A DNA stretch of 64,000 nt from Psilocybe cubensis (taxonomy: Eukaryota). A model generated the notes under the pieces. The model saw only the letters and a list, made by a program, of their open reading frames with translations, did not search any database and had not been told where the DNA came from. The stretch is taken from contig CM038999.1 in NCBI GenBank assembly GCA_017499595.2, positions 1,984,001 through 2,048,000 of the forward strand, written 5' to 3'. Each line of letters begins with the position of its first letter. Positions within the stretch are counted from its first letter, which is position 1. The translations under genes were made by a program, and so were the position numbers. Below are positions 12,331 through 29,578 of this stretch, in pieces.

Positions 12331-15300
12331 CTACGAGGGAAGCCATGTGCTGCCATTTTGTGGCGTTAGAGACTCTGTTGGGTCGCTTGCCCACATACTC
12401 CACAAGTAAGATGGAAGTTCTCGAGTAACCTGCAACCAGTTGTACCACGAAGTCCTTCCTCCAATCAAAAGTGTCCTAGCATAGGATGTCCATGAGGTAC
12501 GGGATAGATCATCGTCCAGAAGATATAGAGAATGATCAGAATTAGATAAGTATAAATAAAGTTCCGGGTTGAAGGGATCGAAGTAACTGTTAAGGTATCG
12601 CTGTCTAGCCCAATAATCCGATATTCTATTCACAGTATAAGCGACCGCCCTTTCGCAAGTAAAGATGGTGACATACCGAAACATAATTATCACAAATATA
12701 AGGTTTATTAGGGCCACCGTGCACCAGAGTCTGCGATTGGTAAACCATAATGTTGCACTGAATGGTTTGGACATTCGTGCCAAAGCAACTTTAGAATGTG
12801 CACTTCGATTTTGCAATTGCTCTCGGGCATTTCGAGCCTGACTTGATATCGTGTTGAGCTCTTCAATACGAACTCGGTCTGCATCAGGCTCAGGGCCATA
12901 TCTAAAAAACAGTAGGGTGTAAATGTTAATGAGGGCAAAATCAAGAAAATGCTTACTGGACTTGATCGTCGAATTCTTCAATGAGATCGTCCAATCCGTG
13001 CCGAATGTGCCTCAACAACTCGTTGCGAGAAGTGAAATGCATTTCATCAGCTGAATTCTCAGTCTGTGACTCGTAAGATTGATCAATGGATTTCGCCATT
13101 GCATCGATTACACGAGGTTTACTTTGACTACGTTCCGTGCTTTTAGATTCGATCGTATCCTGCTCTCTACCAAATGCATCAACAACGCGAATGTTAGGCC
13201 CCTTAGATTTGCGAGGGATAGAGGGAGATAGTGGTGGTATTGCTTCATGTTCTGCTTGCATGGCCGAGTCAAAGTTATCTTGATGAGGGAAGAGGTCATC
13301 GATGTGACTAGCATCGAAGCGAACTTTCAAAATACTCTTTCTTGTTGCAGGCGTATTCAACCATCCACCGGGAACACCAGGAGTTTGTGATTCAAGCGTT
13401 AACCCTTTCGACACCGAAGTCATTGGCGTGCGGAGCCCTATCTTTTTCTCTGGAAAGTCGGACACTTTAGCCCGGGTATCAGGGTTGAGAATGGGAACTG
13501 GGGTAGAAAGCCAGCTTCCCGGAGGCATAGGCGTTTTGCTGATGGTGTTCAGAACATCAGAATTGACACGATTATTGCGATTCGTCGGTGTTTGGGAATA
13601 CAAAGGTCTACTATCGGCACTGTCTCGTTGTTTCCCATTTCGAGCAATCCGGTTTTGTGAATGAATATCAGACTCGCTATCACTTGAAGGGTATCGAGAA
13701 AGCTCGGGAGTTTGCGTCCATGCACCAGGAGGCCGTGGAGTTTGTAACCAAGTCGATTTTTGAGGTGTCTTCTGTATTCTCAAGGGTGTGGGATTAGTGC
13801 GGGAAGCGCTGCGATTAGATTCGTCACTAGATGATGGTGTTGGGAGGTCGGGCAAAGCTTTGGGGGGAGACGGGGTTTCATACTCTCGCCTAGAACTTCT
13901 GGAGGGAGGTCTCGGGGGGGTGGAGGATGATACTGATGGTTCCGGCGAGGGTTGATGGGTGTCATTTTTTATTAAAGGAGTAGAGGCTAGGCGTGGTGTT
14001 TGCTTGACGCTAGACCAAGAAACAAAATCCGAACTATGACCATGTACTTGTGAGACTTCAGGGGTGTCCCCTCTTGATGAAAAATCAGTCTCTCTAAGGT
14101 CTGATGGTTCTTCATTAGACAATAAACATAGTAAAAAAAAGCCATGCAGAACATACCATCAAATTCTGAACCTTCTTTGCATTTTTTTTGTTCCATATAT
14201 GACTCGGACGTCTGATGATTGGGTATAGTGGGGCTTTGTTCGCGGAGTGGTGTTGATGCAAACTTCGTGCCCGAATCATGGAAAGGATTTGCTGCCGAGG
14301 GCGTAGGCAGTGACCTGGTCGGTGTATCGATTATATCTCTTGGCACGGAAGGTGTTGCATACAACTTTGAGGAAGACGGTGTGGCAGATTTGAATCTCTG
14401 GTTATTTGTGACCGGTGGAGTAATAGGTGAAGTTAAGACCGGTGGAGATCGGGTACTTGTTCTCTCGTTCAAGTACGTATTCTCAATGGCGTGCAGCGAG
14501 GAGGTGCGACTTGGTGGTCGAGATAGTTCTTTTGAGATATCATTTACAGTCCGAGAGCTTAAAGGAGACATTCTGCCGAAAGAATTGTAGTCCTCACTTG
14601 TAGGATTGTGTATTTTGTCGAAATCACCTAATTTTTTGGATTGGACGGTTGAAAATGGGCGTGGAGTCAGAGTTGATTGTTGACCGGAAACTAGATTAGA
14701 AGGCGAGCTCCAAACATGATGCTGGTCATTCGTGTTTTCGGCGAATGGCTTATCAAGATCCGTAACAGATTGGATATGTGGTTCTGTATACGAAGATGCG
14801 CGGTGACCGTATTTGGGACTGTGTCAAAGATATAGTCATTTGGACAGCAAGGATATGCAGTAGATGCACTGACCTAGGCCATTCTTTGTCTTCACCGTCT
14901 TTGTCATTTCGATAGGCTACAGCTAATTGAATAACTGTTTAGAGAAAAGATGATACGAGGCTCACAGTCTTCATTCAAAAATCTGGAGGCCCGTTTGTTA
15001 TGGGTGAATGCTGCAGGCTCTCCCAGAGGTCCAGTCAGCTCCATTGACGATAAAGTGGTCGACTGGTGTTGGTGACTATTGGAACGGCTATACAGTGGTT
15101 CATGTCGACTTCGTGACTGATCCCATTCCATGTCAGTTTTGAGAGAAATTTCTACTTCATCAATTTCCGCTTGTTCAACTGCCTGGTTTTCATGACCCTG
15201 ATATTGATCTCTGCTTTGAGATTTATTCCATTCATAATCAGTTTTGAGCGAGTCCTCAACCTCGTCAAGTTCTTCTTCTTCATTTGCTTGATCGCACTTG

Positions 15301-16686
15301 AATTGTCGGCGCTCGTGGCGAGATTGATCTCGGTCGAAATCAGATTTGAGGGACTTCTCTACTGCATCGACTTCATTTTGTTCCTCTTGACTGTATATCG
15401 ATCTTGTCTTAGATTGGGGAGCTATAAGAGATATGAGATGTAATATTGGAGCAATATGCGGTGAACTTACAAGTAATATGTAGATAATGTCCGGAATCGA
15501 ACTGTTGTCGAGGATGGGAAGCGTTTTGCTTGTCCAGTAACGATTTATATCCCTTCCGAATGGTCGGTGGGGGCGAAACTTTGAGTGAAATGAGACATTG
15601 TGAGTAGAAGGCCAGGTTATCTACTTACCAGAGCGGTGATTTGTGACTTCGTCGTATTCGCCTAATCCATCGATTGCATCCTGCATCTCTGTGTCGGATT
15701 CAAGTAAATCTAGATTCCCTGACTTAGATATGCGCATTTCGCCTACGTGCCATTGTTAAACTCACTCGAATGAAATTGTGAATTAAAAGACATTCTCAAG
15801 GATTGCTGAGGAGTACTCGTTCCTATGGGGGGAGAGTGACCGTACGCATCAAGATCGCGCAGAAATGTTTGGTTACCGACACGATCTTCAGATATAGTAA
15901 ATAAGTAGGAAATGGTAATATTGAAGCTCTTCAAGAACTCACTTGTGGAAGTGTCAGGTAGCTCTGCATCTTCGGGCGAAACAACAGAATCGCTAAACCG
16001 CTCGCGCAAGAATTCCATTGTGACGGGAGCCTTGCTACGAGTTGACATTCTACTTAAGTGTGGTGTTTCTACTCTCTGCAATCAGCGTGCCAAAAGTGAA
16101 AATAATGACAAGATAACTTACGATCCTGTAATTCGGAACTGTCGTTGTGCAAACTTTTCTGCTTCCCTTTTCTATCTCGAACATATCTATGGGTAGGTTC
16201 AACGTCGCTGTGGTCGGCACCGTTATGCATAGATATTGACTTTTGTGGGGTGTCGGGATCCCGACGCGCATTAGAAAATAGATTCCTGACACTTTCTTGT
16301 GCAATACTTTTTGTCGCACTTGCAGGTCCAGTGATATCGTAGTCAGAATCCCTCTCAGACAAATATTGCTTGGGAGATGATGGGACACGGGCGGTAGAAG
16401 TTACTTCGTGAGGGAGCACGTTGAGCAAGGCACGCAATTTTTCGGCAGGTGTTGCCTCAGACCGAGTAACGGTGGGCGCTATTAATGCACTGGAGCGAGT
16501 CGTATGATCAGTGGTGTGGGACATAGACATATCGCTCAGGTTTACGTCGATGATCTGAGAAAGTTCGGGTAGACGAGAAGGACCAGGTTCCGAGGTCGAT
16601 ACAGTTTGGCCGCTCCTATCGAAATTGGCTAGAGGATTTCTGACCATCCTACGACGGGGTGTAAGTGTGGAGGTGTATGTGGCCAT
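12331..16686 (-). CDS. Large Ser/Pro/Thr-rich disordered protein with TPxxPGxW repeats, SILKVRF motif, short coiled coil and a single C-terminal TM segment
   Basis: Chain of minus-strand ORFs (16069-16686, 15743-16081, 14904-15131, 13987-14571, 12953-14122, 12331-12981) separated by ~50 nt GT-AG introns. TM is LWCTVALINLIFVIIMF. Confidence 0.75.
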
Positions 16687-16735
16687 TGACGTGTCGGGGC
16701 TAGTTACTCATCCGCGAGACGTGAGCAGAGCGTCA

Positions 16736-16854
16736 ACGCGTAATTTGTCTAGTATGGTCAACTGGGATGAGTTAGTAATAGAGCGAAACAATGCCCAGTG
16801 GCATTGGGCATCAACAAAACAATAAAGATCACGTGTTATGTGTACGCGACGCGA
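16736..16854. promoter_or_regulatory. MCB-like elements (ACGCGT 16736-16741; ACGCGACGCGA 16844-16854) plus CACGTG at ~16830, upstream of the 12331-16686 gene
   Basis: Motifs read directly, 50-170 bp upstream of the ATG at 16686. Confidence 0.45.
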
Positions 16855-16970
16855 CTCTGATATTAGTGTTCAAGGAAATGCTTACTCTCAGTGATCCTGC
16901 TTCCCTTGAAAAAGAATGTGATTTGTTTTATAAATTATTCCTTCTCTCATAATATTACAGGAGTATGATA

Positions 16971-18151
16971 TCACTCTCCACTACCAGCATACTTGATGAC
17001 CAACTCCTTCCAGCATCCACTCAACTGCATGTGCTCCCCTTTACATGTCACAAACACGATTCCATTACGTGCATCAAGCTCACGTAGTCCAATCCAGTCT
17101 TCGAGGTATATGGGCTGGCGCCTCAAAGGTAGTATGGCATGCTCCGAAATGACATTCGTGGCGGCTAATACACCTTGCTCAGATCTGCCCCAGTCTTCCT
17201 CGACAATCTGGGATCCAAACCAAGAGCTTTCCTTTGGAACAACCGTCTTGTCCTCCGTGAAGAGAACTAGAACTAGGTTGTTAAGGGACGAAAGATTATG
17301 TGCATATGTCGCATTACGGGTCGCAGCGACTTCATTATTAATGGATGTAAGAAACTGGTTGGCGGTAAAGTATTTTTCCATGTTCCACGGATCACGAAAA
17401 TATTGAGCCTAGATACAGTAAATTCATCTGTGTTCATGATTTTTTACTGAACGTATTACCTGTACAAGATTATTTTGAGCCCATGCTCCGTAAACGGCTT
17501 GCTTTGCGCTCCGCCGAGCAATTTGGCAAAGTAAATCATATCTCCCGCAAACGGGAATATCCGATATTCCCATGTGTTGTGATCCAAATGTAATGAGGTT
17601 GTTTACAGGAGGGTCATTATACCTTTCAACGTAAGCACGAAGGAATTGTCCGCCTGCACCTCGTTAGGTGACCGCTCAGAAGCAAAAAGGAAACTATGAA
17701 CCTTGAGAGAATCCTATGGCATCAAACCCTCCTTTAAGCTCTGGAATACCTGCGAGTTGTGTGGCAACAAATTCGACCTGCTCGTTGATATTCCCATACT
17801 GTAGAAAGGAAGTTAACATAGGATCTCCACGCAAAGCGTTCGAATTAGTCATACGAAACCAGCTTGCCTATCTTTATCAAAATCTTCCTCTATAAAAACA
17901 GAGTGAACGAAAATCCCGGGATGAACATCCTTGACCAGGGATGCAAATTCGAGCATCCCTGGGGAAGAGTAAGAATCACCTATACAGCACGATGTGAGAT
18001 TCGAAGCAGGGATCCATGTGGCTAACACTCAGCGAAGAGTGTACGAACCAAGACCATGCCAAAGTACCAGAGGGCGTGGTGTGAGCCGAGGCAATGAAGA
18101 CACAAGAACGATTGATGATAGAAACACCACAGAAACCAAAGGCACTTTCAT
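16971..18151 (-). CDS. Palmitoyl-protein thioesterase 1-like alpha/beta hydrolase, secreted/vacuolar
   Basis: Signal peptide MKVPLVSVVFLSSIVLVSS, then PLVLWHGL/GDS, nucleophile elbow AIGFSQG/GQFLRAYVE, ITFGSQHMG, EDKTVVPKES and GEHM. Confidence 0.92.
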
Positions 18152-18584
18152 TTTGAGTATAGTATCGCCCCTACGAGCTGCAAATGTGTGGAGATGATGG
18201 GGGTTGAGCGAAAGTCAAGCAACAATAGCAAGTCCGAGTGCAATCCGAGTGTGGGGCTTCAGCAAGGCTTCAGCGCTGTCTCTTGACCAACCCGAGCGCC
18301 AAGATAACGTGACTTCAAGCCTAGGGACATACTCCATCATGGAGGGTTTGAGGAGGATGGCTAGGAAGTGGCTAGGTAAGATGGGTTAATAGCAACTCGG
18401 AGGCAGAAAGAGGCAGGAAAGAGGGCGACCAAATATCTATAGAGGAATATTCAGTATGAAGTATTTCCTAATCTTGTCCCGAGTTCCAGCTTTTGATTAA
18501 CTTCTAAGGATATACAGACGCTTGTTCACCGCCTTTGCCTGGCGTGTCCGAGCAAATCTTTTTCTCTAAATGTTACTACAATCA

Positions 18585-19397
18585 CCATGGTACAAGTTCC
18601 CTTACAGGATCAGCCATGCTCTAGGGTGGCTCTGTCTTCTAGCTATTATTCTTGGTTCTGCTTAGTTGGATTCATACTCCAGGAATTATGTGTGCCTTCG
18701 AGTCTTCGACATGCCGTAAACAAAAGAGCTATGGTGACCAGTGTGCAATCAGCAAACTGGGTGTCTTTGTGTTCTAATTCGGATTTTGGGCGACTTCGAG
18801 GCATCGCAACCACATAGCGTGGCCCTCAGTAAACATATCTTTCGCCCCAAAAGTTGGATCTTCTTAGGCCAACCATCATAGTCGGGCCTTTTATTCAGCA
18901 AGCCTTTGCATTGTTCGGGCTGAAATCTGGAACTGTCTTTCAATGTTTAAATGGCTCGCTATATTTGCTGGCGCTTTGGCAGGAGCACAATGATTTATCT
19001 TCGATGCAGATACTGTGCAAAAAAACTGGTTTTTTGTCAATACTACATTTAGTGGATGTTCTGATTATTTTATTTTTCCCTAGCGGAACATAGCTTTCCT
19101 CCATTATCTTCTTCGTCGCTTTCATCCAAATGATGCACTATTCGCGTATATGCAATGGTTTATCTAACTGATACTCATAAATTCGAACTGACGTATCGTA
19201 ACTTCCAAAGTGGTTGGCTCTTCGATTTTCAAATTAATGAAAATGTCCGACGCGGAGGCTGTTGTTGCTGCTGCCTCTCCGTCGTGGATTGGACAAGATG
19301 ACAGAAAACGAAATTGCAGGCTATTTCTGATCATGGGCGTTCATCAAGTGAATCCGCGTGTCTTGTGAAAACTAGTGATGATTGAATCGGAGCTTCG
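18585..19397 (+). pseudogene. Degenerate partial paralog of the adjacent CNT nucleoside transporter
   Basis: Fragments [135 protein letters not shown] and MIESEL match successive exons of the 19691-22083 gene. Stops at 18663, 18775 and 18991, plus frameshifts. Confidence 0.88.
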
Positions 19398-19690
19398 TAG
19401 TATATAGAAATACAACATCTTTCAATTTTCACGTATATCAGCGTATATCTCAGACGTTACGAGTACATCTTATGTTACATTCTCATCTGATTTACCTCCA
19501 AATTTCCTATTTCCGCAGCGGTATGCTTGTATGACACAGTTCATTGTACTCTTTATAATGGGTACCAAAAATATTTGCAACTGTACTAGTTTTGATACTT
19601 AATTACACAGTTGCTTTACGCTTATTGTAACACCCCCCTCGGATATAATATAATAATGGGAATATGAATTAAATTAGGTGATTAGCGTGT

Positions 19691-22083
<2,393 letters not shown>

Positions 22084-23234
22084 CTTCGGATGCTTACTAG
22101 CCTGGAAGAGAGGATAGAGCCAACAATGAGACCGAAGGTATTCTGCTCCATTATATGTCGGACACAATCGATGCCATGAGGACTACCCATCAAAGTAGCG
22201 CATGGCTGACAAGTTGGAGAAAAATACAGGTGTGTGTGGGGGGGGATACGAAGGATAAGCCGAGAACGAATATGGGCCCCTAGCAGTGTTTCACCCGCAT
22301 GCAAGATAAGTTATCTTATCCTAGGGCGACAGTTAGGTTGTTGACAGGGTCGCGTCGAGATGCTAGAATACCTCAGCTGCGTACAATACAGCGGCGGAAG
22401 CCAGAGCTCTCTGAAATGAAGCTTCGAATAGATCTAAAGGTCTCTCCGGACGTTTTTGATAATCCATTCAACGAATATGACACCTTGATCCATGTCTTTG
22501 TAGGCCTGGAGGATTATGTTTTGTATAACTGAGAGTTACTTCGTGGTTCGATGAGGCCGATGTTGCAAATGGCAAGGATCATAATTCTCTTGTTCATCTC
22601 AGTTTGGAATTGTGATATTGCTGAGCCCACGCGTAACCTCGACCTTGGCATGGTCAATTAGGTTTGCATTTTAGCAAATTTTGGCTGTTTATATGGTTAG
22701 GCACAGGCATGAGATCGAGATGAGATAGCTATCTACATATGTAGTATCCATACGAACGCCGGTTCACCTGTATTCAAAAACTTCAAAGCTCGGTCAGTGG
22801 AGGACTCCGGCGAATCGGCGAATGACAACAAAACAGTGCTTCAAGATACTTTCAAGATGCCCAATTACAGAGGCGAATTCCAATGTAACACGAATATCAG
22901 TGGAGACTGGCTGAGATTGGCACGATTGCAGTTTTTTCAATCATGTTTTTTTGGGATAGAATGTATTGTGAAGTTATTACTAGCCATGCGCTTCTTGAGA
23001 CGAGATCAGAAAAGGCCAACGCTTCACATTCACGGATACGTTCATCGCAGTAATTACTTTACTTTATACGTTCCTGTTGTCAACATGTCCGTCGTCAGGA
23101 CTCGATCGTCGCGAAGTTTGTTCAATGCTGGTGACGCGATAAAGATTCGATTTTATTTTTTACAAAGAATTTATGACACGGCTTTGGGTATCGGGTAGAA
23201 GAGATGATGGTAAGATGCTAATTAAAACGTTAAT

Positions 23235-24669
23235 TTATACCTTCAATGCTTTGATTGTCTTTCCAGAGGCAATGGCTAACCACTCTCCACTCGTAGTTGA
23301 ATAGCCAGAATTCATTGTCATGCCTTGGATCTGGGGCGACCATGCGAGATTGGTTATTTGGCTGGCGGCCGTGTATGCCATGACTGGTTCGGTGACCACT
23401 CTCTTCTTGGCATCTGGACGGGGAGAGTTCAAACGTGATCCTGCACTTCGAGGAGAAGCAGCTCCTTGAGTATAATTTACCAGATCCCATAAAAGGACTT
23501 GACAATCATCGCCTAGATGTCATAAAGGTTAATCTCCACCGACAGTGTCAATGCTATATAATACCTGCTGTGGCCAACAAAGGACGCTCAGCGGAACCCC
23601 ACCCAAGAGCATTGATGGGTGCATGGTGACCCCGTAGCTCTATCACTGGTTGCCCTGGGCTTCGCATGTCAAGAATCTGGACGTCCGACCCATCCATGTG
23701 AAAGGTAGACATGTAATTTGAATCGGAAGGGTTGAAAGCAATTCTTAGTAACGGGGAGGTAGGAGGACGTGCAGTTGCAGATGGGTTGGAGGTGGGAGGT
23801 GGAATAGTCTTTGGCGCCGGGGTTTCATACAAAATGGTTGAATGCTCGAGGCTACGAAGATCGAAGGCACGTAAACTGCCGTCAGCGCCTACAGACACGA
23901 ATATATCTGTTGACCCAGGTAACCATGCTACATCGTACACTTCACGGTCGTGCGCGATTAACTGGGTCATTGCTGTTGATGTATCAATGTTCCACACTGT
24001 GCATGTGGTATCGATGGATGCTGTTACAATGAGATTGGGAGACTTTTCGTTCCAAGAGAAGTTTGTGAGGGGGGCGCCTGCAGACTGATTCTGGACTTTG
24101 GACTGCTGGGACATATGTGAGGCAAGTCTAAAGTCAATGTATAGATCGCGTACACACCCCCGATAACGCTGTTTTCATCGTCAAACTGTGTCCCGAGGAA
24201 ATTGGAGGTCGTCCCACATAGGATGATGTATTTGAAGAACCGTCACCACTATACTCCCAAACTCTCAAAGCGTCACCAGTGGTGGCTAAAAGCTCTGTCA
24301 CTGCTGACTTTTGAGACCAAGGATGGTTTGTGGCAGAGGCTGGTTGCCATTGAAGGCTAGTGGCAGGATATCCATGATATGCCTCACAAAGAGTAACAAA
24401 ATCAGGATAGTCGGTAAAATCGTCTTCCACTAGAACTCGTTCATCCTGCAGGCCTACAACTGCGATTTGATTTTGATAATTTTCTGTAAAGGATCCAACC
24501 CCGAGACGGAAGGCCGATCGCGGGCGCAGTTGTTGGCCTGGGGCAGATGATTTACACCAGTCAAGACTGTGGACAGGCCCTGAAAAGAGCTTTAAAATAT
24601 CAGAAACCGATGTAGATTGTAAGGCGACTCACAGGGTGCTTCATACTGTAACATGGTCGTTTGGGTCAT
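23235..24669 (-). CDS. WD40-repeat protein, DCAF7/WDR68/AN11 family
   Basis: Motifs YPATSLQWQP, LLATTGDALRVW, APLTNFSWN, TASIDTTCTVWNI, TQLIAHDREVYDVAW, FVSVGADGSLRAFDLRSLEHSTILYE and LDMRSPGQPVIELRGH. Start MTQTTML at 24669. Confidence 0.93.
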
Positions 24670-25047
24670 TATCACACTCTTGCTGATTACAGAAACTATC
24701 CAGATGTAAGATCGCTAACGAGACGAGAGGTAGAATGAGAAAGGTATTAAGTCTTAATTCTATTCTTCGGCGTACATTTGACCTAAATGACTTGGTTACT
24801 TCAGTCGACTTTAAGGCCGTTGATTGGTCGTTCACAACACCGCTATAGAGAACGAAGTTTACTCAAGAATTGATTACGTAAATTACTTACCGAGTTGGGA
24901 ACGGTTGGGTTGATCAGAGCAGAAATCGTATTTCATAAAACAACCTCAAAAACATAAAACTTGCCATGAACACTACATACGTATCTTTATGTCATATTCC
25001 TCCATCGACAAGAGAAAATTGAATAAGTGATAGAATGAATAGTAAAT

Positions 25048-27656
<2,609 letters not shown>

Positions 27657-28504
27657 CGTTCCCTAGAGCAGTGAGTGGAACCTCGAGACGATGACCTCAA
27701 AGAGCGCTGTTCTCTTGCGGATACCTTTATATATGCAGTTGGTGGGAGAAAAAGCTGACCGGCCATGAAAAAGAAGTAAAGAAGCGATGCCATTTCACCA
27801 ATTAAGTTGCTTGCTCAAGATCAATATCAGGAGCCGGTGGGGTTGATCTTTTCCTGGCGAAAGATAAGGCAACAAAACGCCAAAATATCCAATGATGACT
27901 TCACTGGGTGTTCAAAGAGGTAGCTGCAAAAGCGGTCACCGCCTAGTCATTTGTTGGCGTTTGGGCATGCCGAGGTGGCCGATGGTCCCAATGCGTCGCT
28001 TGCTCCTTTATGAGCGTGGCCCCAAGCAACGCCATCACCAAAGTTTCAACATACACTTGACAGTTCACGATGTTCGCTGTTTGCACGCTTTGGAAATAAT
28101 AAACAACCAATGTGCACATCTTCATTCGTTATATGATACAGGTAATGGATTCTAAATATAGACGAGGCAGTAGAGCGGAAAGAAAGCACGAACGAACAAA
28201 TAAGTGACTGATATATATTCCCTTGTGTTTTGGAGAGTGAGGAGGGACGAGCAGTCGGTTAGTCGAATTGCTTTGTATACCGAGTGCAGAAGTGTAGGGA
28301 ATGGACGGCGAAGGCGAAGACGAAGACGAATAAATATGCGATGTCGAAGTCCGCAAAGGTCTGGTCGCAGTGGTGAATGCGGCGGTGTTTCGATGTTGGC
28401 AAGAGATCGTACAGTCAAATAAATCAAGAACAACAAGCAGAGAGAAAGCAGGAACCCTGGAGCAAGAGAGATTTTCTGTAGGCAAAGTGTCAGTTTCAGG
28501 CGCT

Positions 28505-29171
28505 TTAGTCGCTTTCTACCATAGATATTGCGCCGCATTGTTCACAATGACTCCACATAGTGCGTTGGCCATTTACACCGGAAGCACAGGCTATGCGGAG
28601 TTTAGGTATTTGAGTGCAATTTGTCCTGAAACAGCCAAGAAGGATGAGATGGATTTTTACTCAACGCGAACGTTGAACATACCCATGATGGACAAATGCT
28701 TTTGAAGGTTGAAGAAGGCCAACCTGAGAATTTGAGACTTGTCGAGAGTAGTACGAGAAGTTGTGGGAATTTGGGTCTACTGTGCCGTCATTAGAGAAGA
28801 AAGGGAGAGGATAAAGGTCGAATGTGGGATAGGCTGCTGACGCGACGCGGAAGGTAAGAATGAGTAAAAGGACATAAAAACATAGATGGACATACGAGAG
28901 TCGGTAACAGGTGAGTCCGATGCACTGGATGATATAGAGCTTGCGTTCGACTGGAGACGACTGTGAACAAGGTCGGGGTACATAGGCTCAGCGTCGAACA
29001 TGACAGCATCGACTTCGCCTTGAATGTGAGGAAAAGGAACGAGTTTCACTTGTTTTGTCTACAAGGCAGTCACGGAGTCAGTACTAGCGCGCGTCGAGCG
29101 CTCACAGGGAACAGACATACGATAGGTGACACGTCCTCAGAATCATCCTCGAGTTTTCTCTTCATGGCCAT
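28505..29171 (-). CDS. Small hypothetical protein (162 aa, 4 exons) with a C-terminal four-Cys motif
   Basis: Exons 29171-29121, 29058-28896, 28836-28683 and 28625-28505 join in frame via GT-AG introns: MAMKRKLEDD..KQVKLVPFP..AYPTFDLYPLP..CTQIPKLRIACASGVNGQRTMWSHCEQCGAISMVESD*. Confidence 0.8.
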
Positions 29172-29578
29172 AATGATAGAAAATAAGGACAAGGAAAACA
29201 AATATACAACACTGAGGAAATGTGTGGGTGAGGGATAAGGAGGGGAAGTAGAGAATAGTGGAACGCTTATATGCCAAGCTGTTATGATCTGTTTGTCATA
29301 TGCGCTGAGCTTAAACGCAATTACTGCTTTAATCCGACCGTGTGAAACAGCGTAGTATCAGAAGGCCGAGGGGTTCCGAGGATCCCTATTGGTCCAGGCA
29401 GGTTGCACCCCATTTCTGAAAAGGAATCGCTGCCGTCACGGGTCACGAGTCACACCGTTGGGCATGTCCGGATAGTGCCGCAGAGCAACCGAGCTGGTTC
29501 GTCGTGAGTCGAATCGAGATGAGTCGGCTTGCAAGTTCAACACGTACGCGGTCTACGAGCGACGCTGTCAAACCTGCC

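Noticed and set aside
22299..23198. ORFs 22299-22532 and 22797-23198 in the 1.1-kb spacer between CNT and the WD40 gene
   Set aside because: No recognisable motifs and no coherent splice model. It could be a decayed gene remnant, but I cannot support that.
27892..28538. Several overlapping 70-130 aa ORFs on both strands
   Set aside because: They fall in the 3' UTR of the 28505-29171 gene and the MFS promoter. Their low-complexity Arg/Ser runs come from a CGAAGA repeat, and there is no other coding signal.
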